Made by a program: the position numbers and the translations under genes | The notes under the pieces: generated by a model | What the model was told of the DNA's origin: nothing | Databases searched by the model: none | The model's input: the letters and a program-made list of their open reading frames with translations, nothing else | From: Perkinsela sp. CCAP 1560/9 | Lineage: Eukaryota; Protista; Euglenozoa: Kinetoplastea | Assembly: GCA_965644495.1 (NCBI GenBank) | Contig: CBFFSA010000007.1 | Coordinates: forward strand, 186,001 to 250,000 | Length of the DNA stretch: 64,000 nucleotides | Direction: 5' to 3' | Part shown: positions 11,500 to 21,884 of the stretch, one piece after another | Position numbering within the stretch: the first letter of the stretch is position 1 | Layout: each line of letters opens with the position of its first letter

Positions 11500-13536
11500 A
11501 TGATTTCCTCCCCTGATCAGGTTTGTGTTGACACAAAGCAATGCGTTAAAGATATACAATTCGATGAGATGTGGGATATACTCGCCCGTAAAATTGCTCT
11601 TTTGTTTGATGAAGCAGCTTTATGGAATGTGAAAGATGTCCGTAGGGGTATGTCGAAAGAACTGTTGGATTGTCATCATATTGTTTATCTGCTCTGCACA
11701 TCTTCGAACATTCAATGCCACGATATTGTATACGAACGCTTCAAACAATGGCTCAGCGACAATTTAGACGAAAAGCTTAGGTCGTACATAAAAGCCTACG
11801 ATGTCTGCCCATTGAGGCGGAGAGATTTTTTAGGTACGACGAGCGCTTTGTACACTTTTTGCGACACGATACGAGCGTGGATCTCGGTCATATTTCACTA
11901 CGTTGATCAACATTACTCTGTTCCCTACTGCCGCGATTGTGTAGCGATAGTATTTTGTCGAGCTATTCAAAACCTGGCTGCTCCATGCGTGACAGGTTTA
12001 ACCAACGCAATCCTGCATTGTGTAGAACGACAACGAGAAGGAAGCTTGTTAGTGCCGGAGGCTACATTCCATAACGCCGTTCGATTCGTAGAAGAAATTG
12101 GAATCGGGTCTGCGGAGCAAGATGAAACCTTATGTTCCTATCATAACACATTCATTAAACCTCTACTCCACGCAACAGAAAGCTATTATCGGCGCAAGAG
12201 TAGAAATCGTTTGCGAAGTCATGGTTTAAGTGGGTATTTAGAATGGACGCAGGAACACTTAGACGATGAGGCCTCTGTTGCCCTTGCGTTCAACACTATG
12301 ACTGCGGAGTGCCTTCTAGCGGATACACGATTCGAACTCTTGCTTTCACACAGTAGACAAATAATTCAAGATTCGGAGTTTGGTTTTCTTCGCATACTTG
12401 AAGAGGAGAACACTAATTCATTACGACGCATGTATAGTTTGCTCTTTGAAATGCCTAGTGCGAGAGATCTCTTCAAATCCATATTCTCTTCGTATGTGAA
12501 TCAAAAGGTTGATACCTTGCGCGACACAAACTCTGTATTAGAGGTCTTCGAGTTGTTTAACCACATAGGTTCTTTAGTCAAGCATTTTGAACCTGGTCAG
12601 AAAACGTTTGTTGACGCACAGGTGAAGAGTTTCTCCACTATTGATATGAATAGACAAAAATCCTATTCGGGTATGAAACAGCAATTTGAAGAGACACTGT
12701 GCAGTATGGTTGATAGACTTTTGCGCAGAGATCCAGTTTTAGAATTTGGTTCCTACGCCGAATTCTATTCTGAGGTAGAGACCTATTCCAGATTTTCTAC
12801 TTTGTTTTGCGATTTTGCTGTCTTTAATAAGTTGCACGCTCTAGCATTAGCCAAACGATTGCTCGAGCGCACTACTGAGGAGCAAATTAGTATAGAAACC
12901 CTTTTCATTGAAAACATTGAAGCAAAGAACGGATTATTTGATACCAGTAAATTGCGTGGTATGATTAAGGATTGTAAAATTTCGCTTCAATTGGCCGAGA
13001 ACTCTTCTAATGACAGAAGGAATAGCATTTCGTGCCCCCGCCATGCACGATTCGCCCACTTTAGGAATTGGCCAACGACTCTATTTGAACCTGAGAACTC
13101 GAGGGAGTACCCCATCAGTCAGGAGCTTTATGATGTATGTATGGAAGCAGAACAACATTTTATCAAATCATGCCCTTCATTCAATACGAGGAAGATTCGA
13201 TGGGTGCATCGACTCGGAACAGCCTCGTTGCTCCTGACACATGACAACACAGAAATTCATGTGGAGCTTCCCATTCCACACGCCTGCGTGTTGTTGAAAG
13301 TGGGCCAGAAAAAACGTATTACTGTACATGACCTTCTGCGTGAACTACATTTAGCGGATAATACAGGCTTGCGTTTTATAGAATCGCTTGCCTTCGGTGC
13401 TGAGGACACATTCCTTGTTGTCCATAGTCGAAATGCGAATCACAAATATTGGCCTCCTTTGGAAACTACGGACCTGTTATCGCTTCGGCTAGTCTCAGAA
13501 TTCACACCTACTTCTAGCCTTTCTTCGTGCTTGTAA
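11500..13536 (+). CDS. Divergent cullin-like protein
   Basis: Cullin motifs IFHYVDQHY, ATESYY, LRRMYSL, LAKRLL, SKLRGMIKD, RKIRWVHRLG; no visible C-terminal neddylation domain. Confidence 0.8.
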   Translation: MISSPDQVCVDTKQCVKDIQFDEMWDILARKIALLFDEAALWNVKDVRRGMSKELLDCHHIVYLLCTSSNIQCHDIVYERFKQWLSDNLDEKLRSYIKAYDVCPLRRRDFLGTTSALYTFCDTIRAWISVIFHYVDQHYSVPYCRDCVAIVFCRAIQNLAAPCVTGLTNAILHCVERQREGSLLVPEATFHNAVRFVEEIGIGSAEQDETLCSYHNTFIKPLLHATESYYRRKSRNRLRSHGLSGYLEWTQEHLDDEASVALAFNTMTAECLLADTRFELLLSHSRQIIQDSEFGFLRILEEENTNSLRRMYSLLFEMPSARDLFKSIFSSYVNQKVDTLRDTNSVLEVFELFNHIGSLVKHFEPGQKTFVDAQVKSFSTIDMNRQKSYSGMKQQFEETLCSMVDRLLRRDPVLEFGSYAEFYSEVETYSRFSTLFCDFAVFNKLHALALAKRLLERTTEEQISIETLFIENIEAKNGLFDTSKLRGMIKDCKISLQLAENSSNDRRNSISCPRHARFAHFRNWPTTLFEPENSREYPISQELYDVCMEAEQHFIKSCPSFNTRKIRWVHRLGTASLLLTHDNTEIHVELPIPHACVLLKVGQKKRITVHDLLRELHLADNTGLRFIESLAFGAEDTFLVVHSRNANHKYWPPLETTDLLSLRLVSEFTPTSSLSSCL

Positions 13537-13862
13537 ACGTTTCGAGCCTTCTTCGGACATAAACGACCGCTGTGATGCGTATCATATACAGGGTACACGG
13601 TTCCACATCACTGCGGCTGATGAATAACCTGACGATCGTTTACATTTTTTTAAAGAGTTGGCTCGGTACATTAGTTCGTGTACATTTGGTTCTATAGTGT
13701 AGCAGTGTTAGTAGTGGAACTATTTCCGAAAACTAGGAAGCAAATACAGAGCTTCATAGTTATCAAGCTTCTTTACTTTATGAAGATGCAACATTAAACT
13801 AGTACTAGTGTGGAACTGTTATTTTACACAAAGAACCAATTTCTCTGTACTATTGACTATTG

Positions 13863-14666
13863 ATGCAAATCCTGCCAGGGAGCTACGCGACGCCAAAAGC
13901 AATCAGAGCAGCAGATACTTGTATGCCACATAGAGGTAAAACGCATCGGACGCTATTTCCCCTGGAGATGCAGTTGATGCGCTTTGTGCAGAACCTTTCT
14001 ACTTCCGTTCTTTCCTGGAACGACACTATTCCTGGATGTGAATGGGAATTCGTTGAATGTGATGAAAACGGCGTTGGGAAGAGAATACATTGGCGTGACA
14101 CAGTAATTAGCGGGACTCCTGCATGGGAAGAACTGCCCGATACTTTTACATCACTTCAATTGGACGAGAACCAATTGAGTGGAGACGTACGATTCGGCAC
14201 CCTCCCCAAAATGCTGGAACAGCTGATAGTCGGAACGAACGAATTTATCGGCAACGTCGCTCTCTCGGACGCTCCGTCAACGTTGCGTCGCGTGGATGGG
14301 AATTGGAATCGATTCAATGGCGTTATATGCCTGGATAGTGTTCCTCCCATGATGGAAACACTCGACTTCGCGGAAAACTTACTTGTAGGGACGATTGATT
14401 TTTCGCAATTTCCTCATACGCTTCAGCGAGTTAGCTTGGATTTTAATGCGCTTAGCGGAACAGTAGATTTTACGCAACTCCGCGAGGGAATACAGTATCT
14501 TTGGCTGTCAAATAATTCATTTGAAGGTATTGCAGATATTCAAAATCCGCCGTCCTCGCTTCTTAAGTTTTCGATACATGGGAACAACTGGTCTCGGATT
14601 GTGCTTCCGTCGCAGGGATGGCAAAAGGGAATAGATGGTTCCTGCTATTCACGCCGTGTACGGTGA
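13863..14666 (+). CDS. Leucine-rich repeat protein
   Basis: Repeats of LxxLxLxxNxLxGxxxxxxLP after a W..CEW..V.C LRRNT-like cap. Confidence 0.85.
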   Translation: MQILPGSYATPKAIRAADTCMPHRGKTHRTLFPLEMQLMRFVQNLSTSVLSWNDTIPGCEWEFVECDENGVGKRIHWRDTVISGTPAWEELPDTFTSLQLDENQLSGDVRFGTLPKMLEQLIVGTNEFIGNVALSDAPSTLRRVDGNWNRFNGVICLDSVPPMMETLDFAENLLVGTIDFSQFPHTLQRVSLDFNALSGTVDFTQLREGIQYLWLSNNSFEGIADIQNPPSSLLKFSIHGNNWSRIVLPSQGWQKGIDGSCYSRRVR

Positions 14667-15016
14667 CGTAATGAATATGGTTATTCAGAAAAGAATCGAG
14701 TCTGTTTTGGAGCCTTGACACAAGCTAAACTAGGAGATAAGCAAGAGTATTCGTGGTGAAATAAAAGAGACGTTTAGGCATTTCAGCAAAACGTTGAAGC
14801 CATAAAATCTGTGTTTAAAAGTTTGGTTTAACAAATATATTTTTCATGGAGGTTGACAATTTTATTCCAACCATTACGTTTTTTTGGCTCAAAGACGTAC
14901 ATGCATTTGAATTCATTTAAGAATCAGAATAAATCGTCCCCACTTTAAAAACTATGCAGATATCCTGTAAATAAATTAATTAATTCAAATATACCTACGT
15001 GATACGTACGCATGTA

Positions 15017-16187
15017 CAGGGGGGATCACCAATATCGGGACACCTCCCATTTTTGTGACATGTGTCCGTTTCACCTGATTTTTGTTGCAAAAGAGAGATC
15101 TCGACGCGAATATGATCGGAACGAGATTTTGCGCCTATTTAAACACACTTGTAAAAAATGGGATAAAAAAATAAAAAAAATCTCCAAAAAATCTCCAAAA
15201 AATATGCAAATTTATGTAAAAATTGTGCAAATCCCGTTAAAATTGTCTATTAAAGGGTACAATTCTCTTTTATTTAGTTCCAAATGGGAAAACGACATAC
15301 AGTCAGCAAAAAAACCGTTCGAATGTTTCGTTTTTTTTCTTTTGTATAGAGCTATTGATTAAATATCACCGTTGCGCTGGTAATGTGTGCTAGTAGTGTA
15401 GGCATGAGTGTCACCTAATAGTACCCGTAGATAGTTCACCTCAGTTCGTTCTACGAAAGAAATAAGAATGAATATAAAAAAGTTTAGCATTCGAAAGGTT
15501 TTTTTGCTACCTATTATAGAGAAAATCTTGTCCCGAAAAATAGATGAAACGTAATCGCCCAAGAGAGATTATGCCCGTAAAATTAGTAGTTAGTATTCCC
15601 CCCACGAGCCTTCAGCACTGCCTTCATACGGGCAGGCATACTGTCCACCTGGGCACGACATACAAGGGTGGTATGTTCGCCCATTCCATTTTTACCCTCT
15701 CCCACAACTCTCGGACCCCGCTTGGTGGATCATCGTGCTCTGCAAGGCACCGCTTGAGTTCCCCCCAAACGTTTTCGATTGGATTTAAGTCAGGGGACTG
15801 CGGGGGCCACCGCATGACTTCAAACCCGGTACCCCGGAGGTGCCGTTGCGCACAATGGCTTGTGTGCGTGGGGTCATTATCTTGTTGGAAGATGACCATT
15901 GGGGGGTCTAGACCCATAGTTTCGATGGAGGGGGCAAGATTCTCTTCAAGAATCTCGACGTACTGTGTGGCGTTCAGGTTCCCTTGAACTAGACGCACAT
16001 GCCCCACACCGCTTCGGGACATGCACGCCCAAATTATGATGTGCCCCCCTCCGTACTTTACCGTGGGAATTACCCCTTTTTCACCCAGTTCCTCCCCCGG
16101 GGTCCCCCATGTCCAAAGACTTCCCCCCGTTTCAAAGCGCGAGATCTTCGTCTCGTCCGACCATACAACTGGAGCCCAGTCGTGCAC
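15017..16187 (-). mobile_element. Tc1/mariner (DD34E) element, truncated and rearranged
   Basis: TA|CAGGGGGGATCACC TIR at 15017; catalytic domain 15624-16187 with WSDETKI, QQDNDPTH, SPDLNPIENVW (34 residues between second D and E). Confidence 0.9.
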
Positions 16188-16274
16188 AAATGTAACAGTG
16201 TAAGATAAACAATATAATAGTGTAAGATAAACTCTATAACCTAAAATTCTTCTTACCTAAAATTCTTATTTTCT

Positions 16275-16560
16275 ATGAGGCCCAAACAACAAATTGCAGA
16301 GCTCTACGACAGCGGTGTGTCTATGAGGTCCATCTCTGGTACAGTAAATTTAAGTATCTCAACAATTTCTATGATATTATGGGCGTGCATGTCCCGAAGC
16401 GGTGTGGGGCATGTGCGTCTAGTTCAAGGGAACCTGAACGCCACACAGTACGTCGAGATTCTTGAAGAGAATCTTGCCCCCTCCATCGAAACTATGGGTC
16501 TAGACGACCTCAAAGGTCATCTTCCAACGAGATAATGACCCCAAGCACACAAGCCATTGT
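16275..16560 (+). pseudogene. Tc1 transposase HTH N-terminus joined to an inverted duplicate of the catalytic segment
   Basis: MRPKQQIAELYDSGVSMRSIS is HTH-like; about 16375-16560 is the reverse complement of about 15850-16037. Confidence 0.8.
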
Positions 16561-16650
16561 GTGCATATTCGTACGTGTAATTGTAAAATTTTTTCTAGTG
16601 ACTTTAAATGGGTTACAATCTTTCAAACTTCGGGAATTATAGTTTTATAT

Positions 16651-16993
16651 ATAAACCCCCGTCCGGGTTAATGTACCCCCCCCCGGTACAATAACTAGCT
16701 ACAGATACAATACGTAGCTACAGGTACAATAAAAATTCCGAAAAATAACGAAAATAGTGCAAAAAAGATTTGGCGCCGCTTCGCGGCGCCGGGACTTCTC
16801 TATTTTCATGTCTTTGCTGATAAAAATGGTAAAATCGTAATCAATTTAAAAAATAAAATCTGTAAAAAGGCAAAAAATTCGCGGCGCCCTCTTTTGCGCA
16901 GAGGGGGGTACAATTAAACCAAGCGTTCCCACATATTGTACCCCCCGGTACAATAGCGAGCTACAGGTACATTAAACCGGAACGGGGTTTTAT
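16651..16993. mobile_element. About 340-bp MITE
   Basis: About 27-bp imperfect TIRs ATAAA(A)CCCCGT(T)CCGG(G/T)TTAATGTACC; internal ggtacaata..gctacag repeats. Confidence 0.65.
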
Positions 16994-17000
16994 TTCTATA

Positions 17001-17100
17001 AATTATAGTGCTCAGAACGACTTTAAATGGAAATTTGGTCGAAGGGAACATTTGTTTTGAAAAAGCGTATTTTTGGGTACAGTTTGAGTGCAGGTGACCC
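17001..17100. mobile_element. Solo Merlin-type terminus
   Basis: Reverse complement aligns over about 100 bp with 54811-54908 (GGGTCACCTGCACTCAAACTG...). Confidence 0.75.
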
Positions 17101-17249
17101 AAAGATTTTTTTCTACTTCTTTTCTATTTCTTGTCAACGTTCAACGGCAAAATCAACGCGAAAATGAGAATAGTCGCGAAAATGAGAATGAAAATAAAAA
17201 AATCCTGTCAATGTTCAATTACAGATTCTGAGAATAGTGACGACGACTG

Positions 17250-17856
17250 TACGTACGTGATACGCCCGCCAAGCATCTGTGTCCACGATCGTGCGGTAGC
17301 TGTCCACTGTATGCTTTTTCATAGACTTTTTTAAAGTAGTCCTGTCCCTTTCTTCCATATACACAGTAGTGCGACCACAACTACATCTACTGTACCATCT
17401 CTTAAATTTAATCTACTGTACCATGTAAAAAGGCCGTTTTCTCACTCGGCATACCCGATGATACTTCCGTGGAAAATACTTCCGTGGATAGGTTTCATCT
17501 ACCGCGCACCTAGAGAACTTGATTTCCTCGTTGCGTTTCAGTACGGCCTTGTGAATCCATAGCAAAATTTGTTTTTTTCATTTGAAAACAGCACGTCGGG
17601 CTGCCTTACACTGTGAGGCCAGACTTGCCATTTCGACCCGTTGGCAAAGTTTGATCCGAAACACGAATTTCATTTCTGTCTTTTTTTTTCGAAGAAAAAA
17701 AGGTGCTGGCCTAGTAAGGCGTTTACTGCACTTGGCACCAGAATTTCTGCGCCAGCAAATGTACAATGAGGTATTCGCTTTGTGAGGAGTGCCAGGCAAT
17801 TTATGCGTAGCGCATTTATCTTGTCGCACTATTCCATGAGAGACCAGGAATGACAC
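17250..17856 (-). pseudogene. Degenerate Merlin/IS1595-family transposase
   Basis: Manual translation gives an N-terminal Zn-ribbon-like segment, then AVDETY..RKYHR..RVRK and RDRTTLKK..HT...IVDTDAWRAY, broken by stops and frameshifts. Confidence 0.8.
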
Positions 17857-18186
17857 AAAACTATCTGGAATATCTCCGTCATGCTTCCGTCGGAGATTGC
17901 ACCGAAGGTCGGAACATGAGCACGTATTGGATAAAAATACGTAGGATAGGTGTACAGAGCCAAAAAATAGACATTAGTAAAAAAGTGCGACACGATTCAA
18001 AAAAAATACAAAATACAAAAAAATATACAAAACACAGAAAAATGAAGTTTTGGGTACAATATACCCAAAATGGGGGTAATGGATAAGTTCCCATTGCCCG
18101 GAAATAGTATTACTAATAGTTATCCCCCAGAACACCACATTGCACTTACTGTAGTTATTTTTTTTCTAACGATAATTCGTACCGTA

Positions 18187-19854
18187 ATGTCTCGCAACCC
18201 CCTGAAGTTCAGTCTCAGTCACACTTTGCTTAAGAGCGCGAGGAAAATCGACGCAGATCCGGCACATCGCGCACTCGTGACGACACCTTACGAACTGGTA
18301 AGATTTTACGACCACAGGAATGAACAGTGGGAGTCACCGCTGCGTTCGGTAGGAGGAGAATCAACTGAGGAAGAGACGCGCGTTTCTCCTGGCTATTTCG
18401 TAATGAGTGCATTACGAGAGTTAAATGGAGGTCGAGTGTACTACATCCCAACGGACCGCCGCACACATCACCACCTTGTGCCAGAGATCAGGCGAATGCT
18501 GCGGACCACCCCGCTCACTCCTTCGTCCGTTTCATCTGCATTCTTTGCAATGAAGCTTGTCAACGCCATACAGGCGTCGGGAGCGAAACTGGAGAGCCCC
18601 ACAGTGAATGAAGATTCCGCTCCGCATACGCGAAGTCTACGAAAAGCGCAACCCTTGGAGACGCTTCCAGTGTTTGATCCACAGTGGCAGCCACCCCACT
18701 CACCTCAACCCACACCCCGTAACCTTACTGACCCCCCTCCCCCTCCACCCTCACCCCAATCCAAACCCAAAAAGTGGCGCAACCGTTCCTCCACCTCCAT
18801 CTCCCCCCTACCTCCATCTTGTGGCTACTTCCTCGCCGCTCATCCCATGGTGGATCGCTGTTTCCGTCATGCCGTCATGCTTGTCGGGGCTCACAACGTG
18901 TCCTCCCCCACAGAGCCCTCCCACCCCGAACCCCCTCCCTCCACCGACCTCCCCCCCTCTGGTCTCCGCGGGACCGCCCCGAAAGGGATGGAGACGCGTC
19001 CGCGGGCCACGACGCGTTACTACGGCTCTCCTTCTTCTTCTTCTCCTTCTTCTCCTTCTTCTTTTCCCTCTCCCCCCCCCACCCCCTCCACCCAGTCCAT
19101 GGCGTGGGTCCTCAACATCCCGCTACGCACCCGTGACGGGAGGGCCGTGCGGGTCGGGGACCTCGGCATCCAGTCCCACCCCGTGTTCCGCTCCCACCTG
19201 CGGCACAACCTGGTGTTCTCCGGGGGGCCGGTGGCGTCCCCGGTGGCGCCGGCGGGGGGTGGCCCCCCCCGGGGGGAGCACGCGCTGTTCGTGCTGCACT
19301 GTCCCGGCGGGGGGAGGGCCGCCAAGGGGGGAGGGGAAGGGGGAGGGAGAACCCAGAAGGGGGTAAAGGGGTCGACGGTGGTGGTTCCCGGGGTGTACTG
19401 TGTACACGCGCTGGGGCCGTTGGGGGAGGCGATGGGGAGAGGGGAGGTGAAGGCGGGGGAGGTGGTGGTGGTGTTGGGGTACAGTGGGTGGGGACGGGCG
19501 CAGTTGGATGGGGAGATTGCGCAGGGGACGTGGGTGCCGTTTAGGGTGAAGAAGGGGCGGGAGATTGCGGCGCTGGTGTCGTCGTATCAAAGATCGGCCG
19601 CGGAGAAGGATGAGGAGGGGATGGAAAAGGATGCGGAGGTGGTGAGTCCGGCGGTGAAGCCGATTGTACGTGTCGCGTCCCTTGAGAAGTCACACAGTGA
19701 GGAGAAGGCGGAAAAGTCAGTCCCGCTGATTGATGAATCGAACGTACCTTACCCGGCAAAAATGTGGAAGGATGTGTTTACGGCTATGGGGCACCCATAT
19801 AAATGTTTTGCTAGGCTGTGTGGTGTCACTCCATTACGAATGAGTTCACTATAG
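18187..19854 (+). CDS. YqgE/AlgH (DUF179) family protein with low-complexity insertions
   Basis: FLAAHPMVD.CFRHAVML, WVLN.P, VFSGGPV, GYSGWGRAQLDGEIAQGTW; upstream in-frame ATG at 18070. Confidence 0.8.
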   Translation: MSRNPLKFSLSHTLLKSARKIDADPAHRALVTTPYELVRFYDHRNEQWESPLRSVGGESTEEETRVSPGYFVMSALRELNGGRVYYIPTDRRTHHHLVPEIRRMLRTTPLTPSSVSSAFFAMKLVNAIQASGAKLESPTVNEDSAPHTRSLRKAQPLETLPVFDPQWQPPHSPQPTPRNLTDPPPPPPSPQSKPKKWRNRSSTSISPLPPSCGYFLAAHPMVDRCFRHAVMLVGAHNVSSPTEPSHPEPPPSTDLPPSGLRGTAPKGMETRPRATTRYYGSPSSSSPSSPSSFPSPPPTPSTQSMAWVLNIPLRTRDGRAVRVGDLGIQSHPVFRSHLRHNLVFSGGPVASPVAPAGGGPPRGEHALFVLHCPGGGRAAKGGGEGGGRTQKGVKGSTVVVPGVYCVHALGPLGEAMGRGEVKAGEVVVVLGYSGWGRAQLDGEIAQGTWVPFRVKKGREIAALVSSYQRSAAEKDEEGMEKDAEVVSPAVKPIVRVASLEKSHSEEKAEKSVPLIDESNVPYPAKMWKDVFTAMGHPYKCFARLCGVTPLRMSSL

Positions 19855-20074
19855 AAAAAACTCGTTTTCAATGCGCGGTATTATACTACACAGTTTAAAA
19901 GGACCACTATATATAAATTTACTGTATTGCTGCTTTGCGTCATGCACTACGCAGGATTATTTTTCTTATATTTTTTATGAATGTACTTACAGAACGTGCG
20001 AACCTGTCTACGATTTTTTTTGAGCACTCCTAATTTTTCCCTTTTTTTTCTTTGCCAAAGTCCTTGAAACGACC

Positions 20075-20452
20075 ATGTTTGCCAACGCTTTCCCCTTCGG
20101 AAAAATTGTAAGTGGGTCACTACGCACATTTCGGTCGGTAGCAAAACGCAACACCACAAGCACAATATCCAATTGTAACATGAAGTTCCCTCTTCTAGGA
20201 GGGTCCATCGCCTATTATACATCAAATAACAAAAAGTCAGACTCATTGCCTTTTGATGCTGAAGACGTGGACGCAAGTAAACTACAGCATCCCTATTGGG
20301 ATGAGAAAACTGGATCTGAAGCGTTAGACGACGGTGACGATGATCTGATGATGTTGAACGAAATCGGCGAATTCGGCTCCGACTTCGATTTCGACCTTCC
20401 CGAAAAGGACAAGGGGTTCCTGAAGAAGGAATGGAGTCCACCCTCCAAGTAG
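20075..20452 (+). CDS. Small acidic hypothetical protein, possible mitochondrial presequence
   Basis: 125 aa; basic/hydroxylated N-terminus, acidic body; pyrimidine tract upstream. Confidence 0.55.
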   Translation: MFANAFPFGKIVSGSLRTFRSVAKRNTTSTISNCNMKFPLLGGSIAYYTSNNKKSDSLPFDAEDVDASKLQHPYWDEKTGSEALDDGDDDLMMLNEIGEFGSDFDFDLPEKDKGFLKKEWSPPSK

Positions 20453-20851
20453 ATCTGATAGTTGCGCTCTCAGCAACAACCAAGAAAAAAATACGTAACC
20501 AAGAAAAAATCACGTCTCCACTTTTGCTTTTTTATTTTTTTATTATATCCCGATATACTCGTCATATTTATTTATTTTTTCTTAGTTCTCTAAAGGGCGA
20601 AACTCTTGAGCTTCTCAAAGATCCTGTTTCAATTCTCCGAGTTGCCGATGTATGAAGTTTAATATGGAGGTGAAACTCCATCTATCTGTATGTCAATGCA
20701 TCGAAACAAAAAGCTTTTGGGTCATCAGTTTTAGATGTATGCAAGTTCTTTACGGCACATGGGGAAATATGCAACCTTTAAGGAGAAAAGGAAACGACAG
20801 AAGACTACCACTAATTAAACTTAAACATTTGAATTGTTTTCTTTGATTTTT

Positions 20852-21547
20852 ATGCAAACTGAGAAAGTTCATGCTATACAAGGAAGCAAAAAAACTGAGT
20901 TTAATCACCCCCCTGAAGAGGTTAGATGTCAGCACTCCGATCTCAAAGACCAGAAAACGTTAGTCAGGATATTATCAGTCACAGAGCAAATGATGGATGT
21001 CCTTACGCAGCTTACTGCAAATATAAACGAGGAATGTACTGTCGACAACATACATAACGCATCTTTTGAAACTATTCATGCGCGCCATAATAGTACATGC
21101 ATTAGTCCAGCTAAGAAAGACGAGAAAAATCAAGATGAAGAGGGCCGCACGTCGTTCGATGATACTCAACGCATACTAAATTCTTTAGACAGCGTTTCTC
21201 TTCATCTAAATGAGACCTTAGATCGAAAAATCGTGGGCCCATTCAACACAATAACGAACTACGTCGATAAATATTTTGAAACATGGCGCTATTTTTGGCG
21301 TAATGAATACATCACTGATGTGACACATGGGATTCTAGCAAAACATTTTGAAATTCGGGCAATGCTTGTCCAATCTTCGGAATTTAACGAACCAACAATC
21401 TCGTCGAATAATACGATGTCATGGAAAACCCTCGAAAGACTATGTTCTCAAAGACTTCAAATGATCGTTGAAGAGGAAACTAAAATTTTGGAATTGGGGC
21501 GAAGGTTGAAGCAGTGTACAAAGTACAACGACACAGAAGACGCGTAG
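20852..21547 (+). CDS. Hypothetical protein
   Basis: About 230-aa ORF on the coding strand. Confidence 0.55.
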   Translation: MQTEKVHAIQGSKKTEFNHPPEEVRCQHSDLKDQKTLVRILSVTEQMMDVLTQLTANINEECTVDNIHNASFETIHARHNSTCISPAKKDEKNQDEEGRTSFDDTQRILNSLDSVSLHLNETLDRKIVGPFNTITNYVDKYFETWRYFWRNEYITDVTHGILAKHFEIRAMLVQSSEFNEPTISSNNTMSWKTLERLCSQRLQMIVEEETKILELGRRLKQCTKYNDTEDA

Positions 21548-21884
21548 ATATGCAACTTTCATATAATTTTATACATATCTATTATTGTTTCATAATGCAG
21601 AAGATTCCTTATTTTGCCTTACAATTCTTGCCTAAGAGCCCAGAGCTGCGTAATTTTAGTCGTGTTACGCTCTGTCTTTTCTTTGTTTTTTATAAGCTGT
21701 ATAATTCTTGCTTGTAAGAAAAAGGTTGGCAAATCGGATGTCGAATCGAAAGACAAGAAAATTAACAGTAGATCAAGGAAGTCATACAAGCCTACATGGC
21801 GCCATTCTATAGTTGTAGAGAGCTATTGATAGCAGGAGAGAGTTGTACTACTAGCGTGAATTATTAATAGATTAAATTGACCTG

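Noticed and set aside
18047-18070. TTTTGGGTA-caata-TACCCAAAA palindrome as a regulatory site
   Set aside because: More simply explained as a remnant of the adjacent Merlin TIR sequence.
18608-19759. Overlapping alternative ORFs in GC-rich islands (also 27507-28429)
   Set aside because: Expected from stop-codon depletion in GC-rich sequence; no recognisable motifs.
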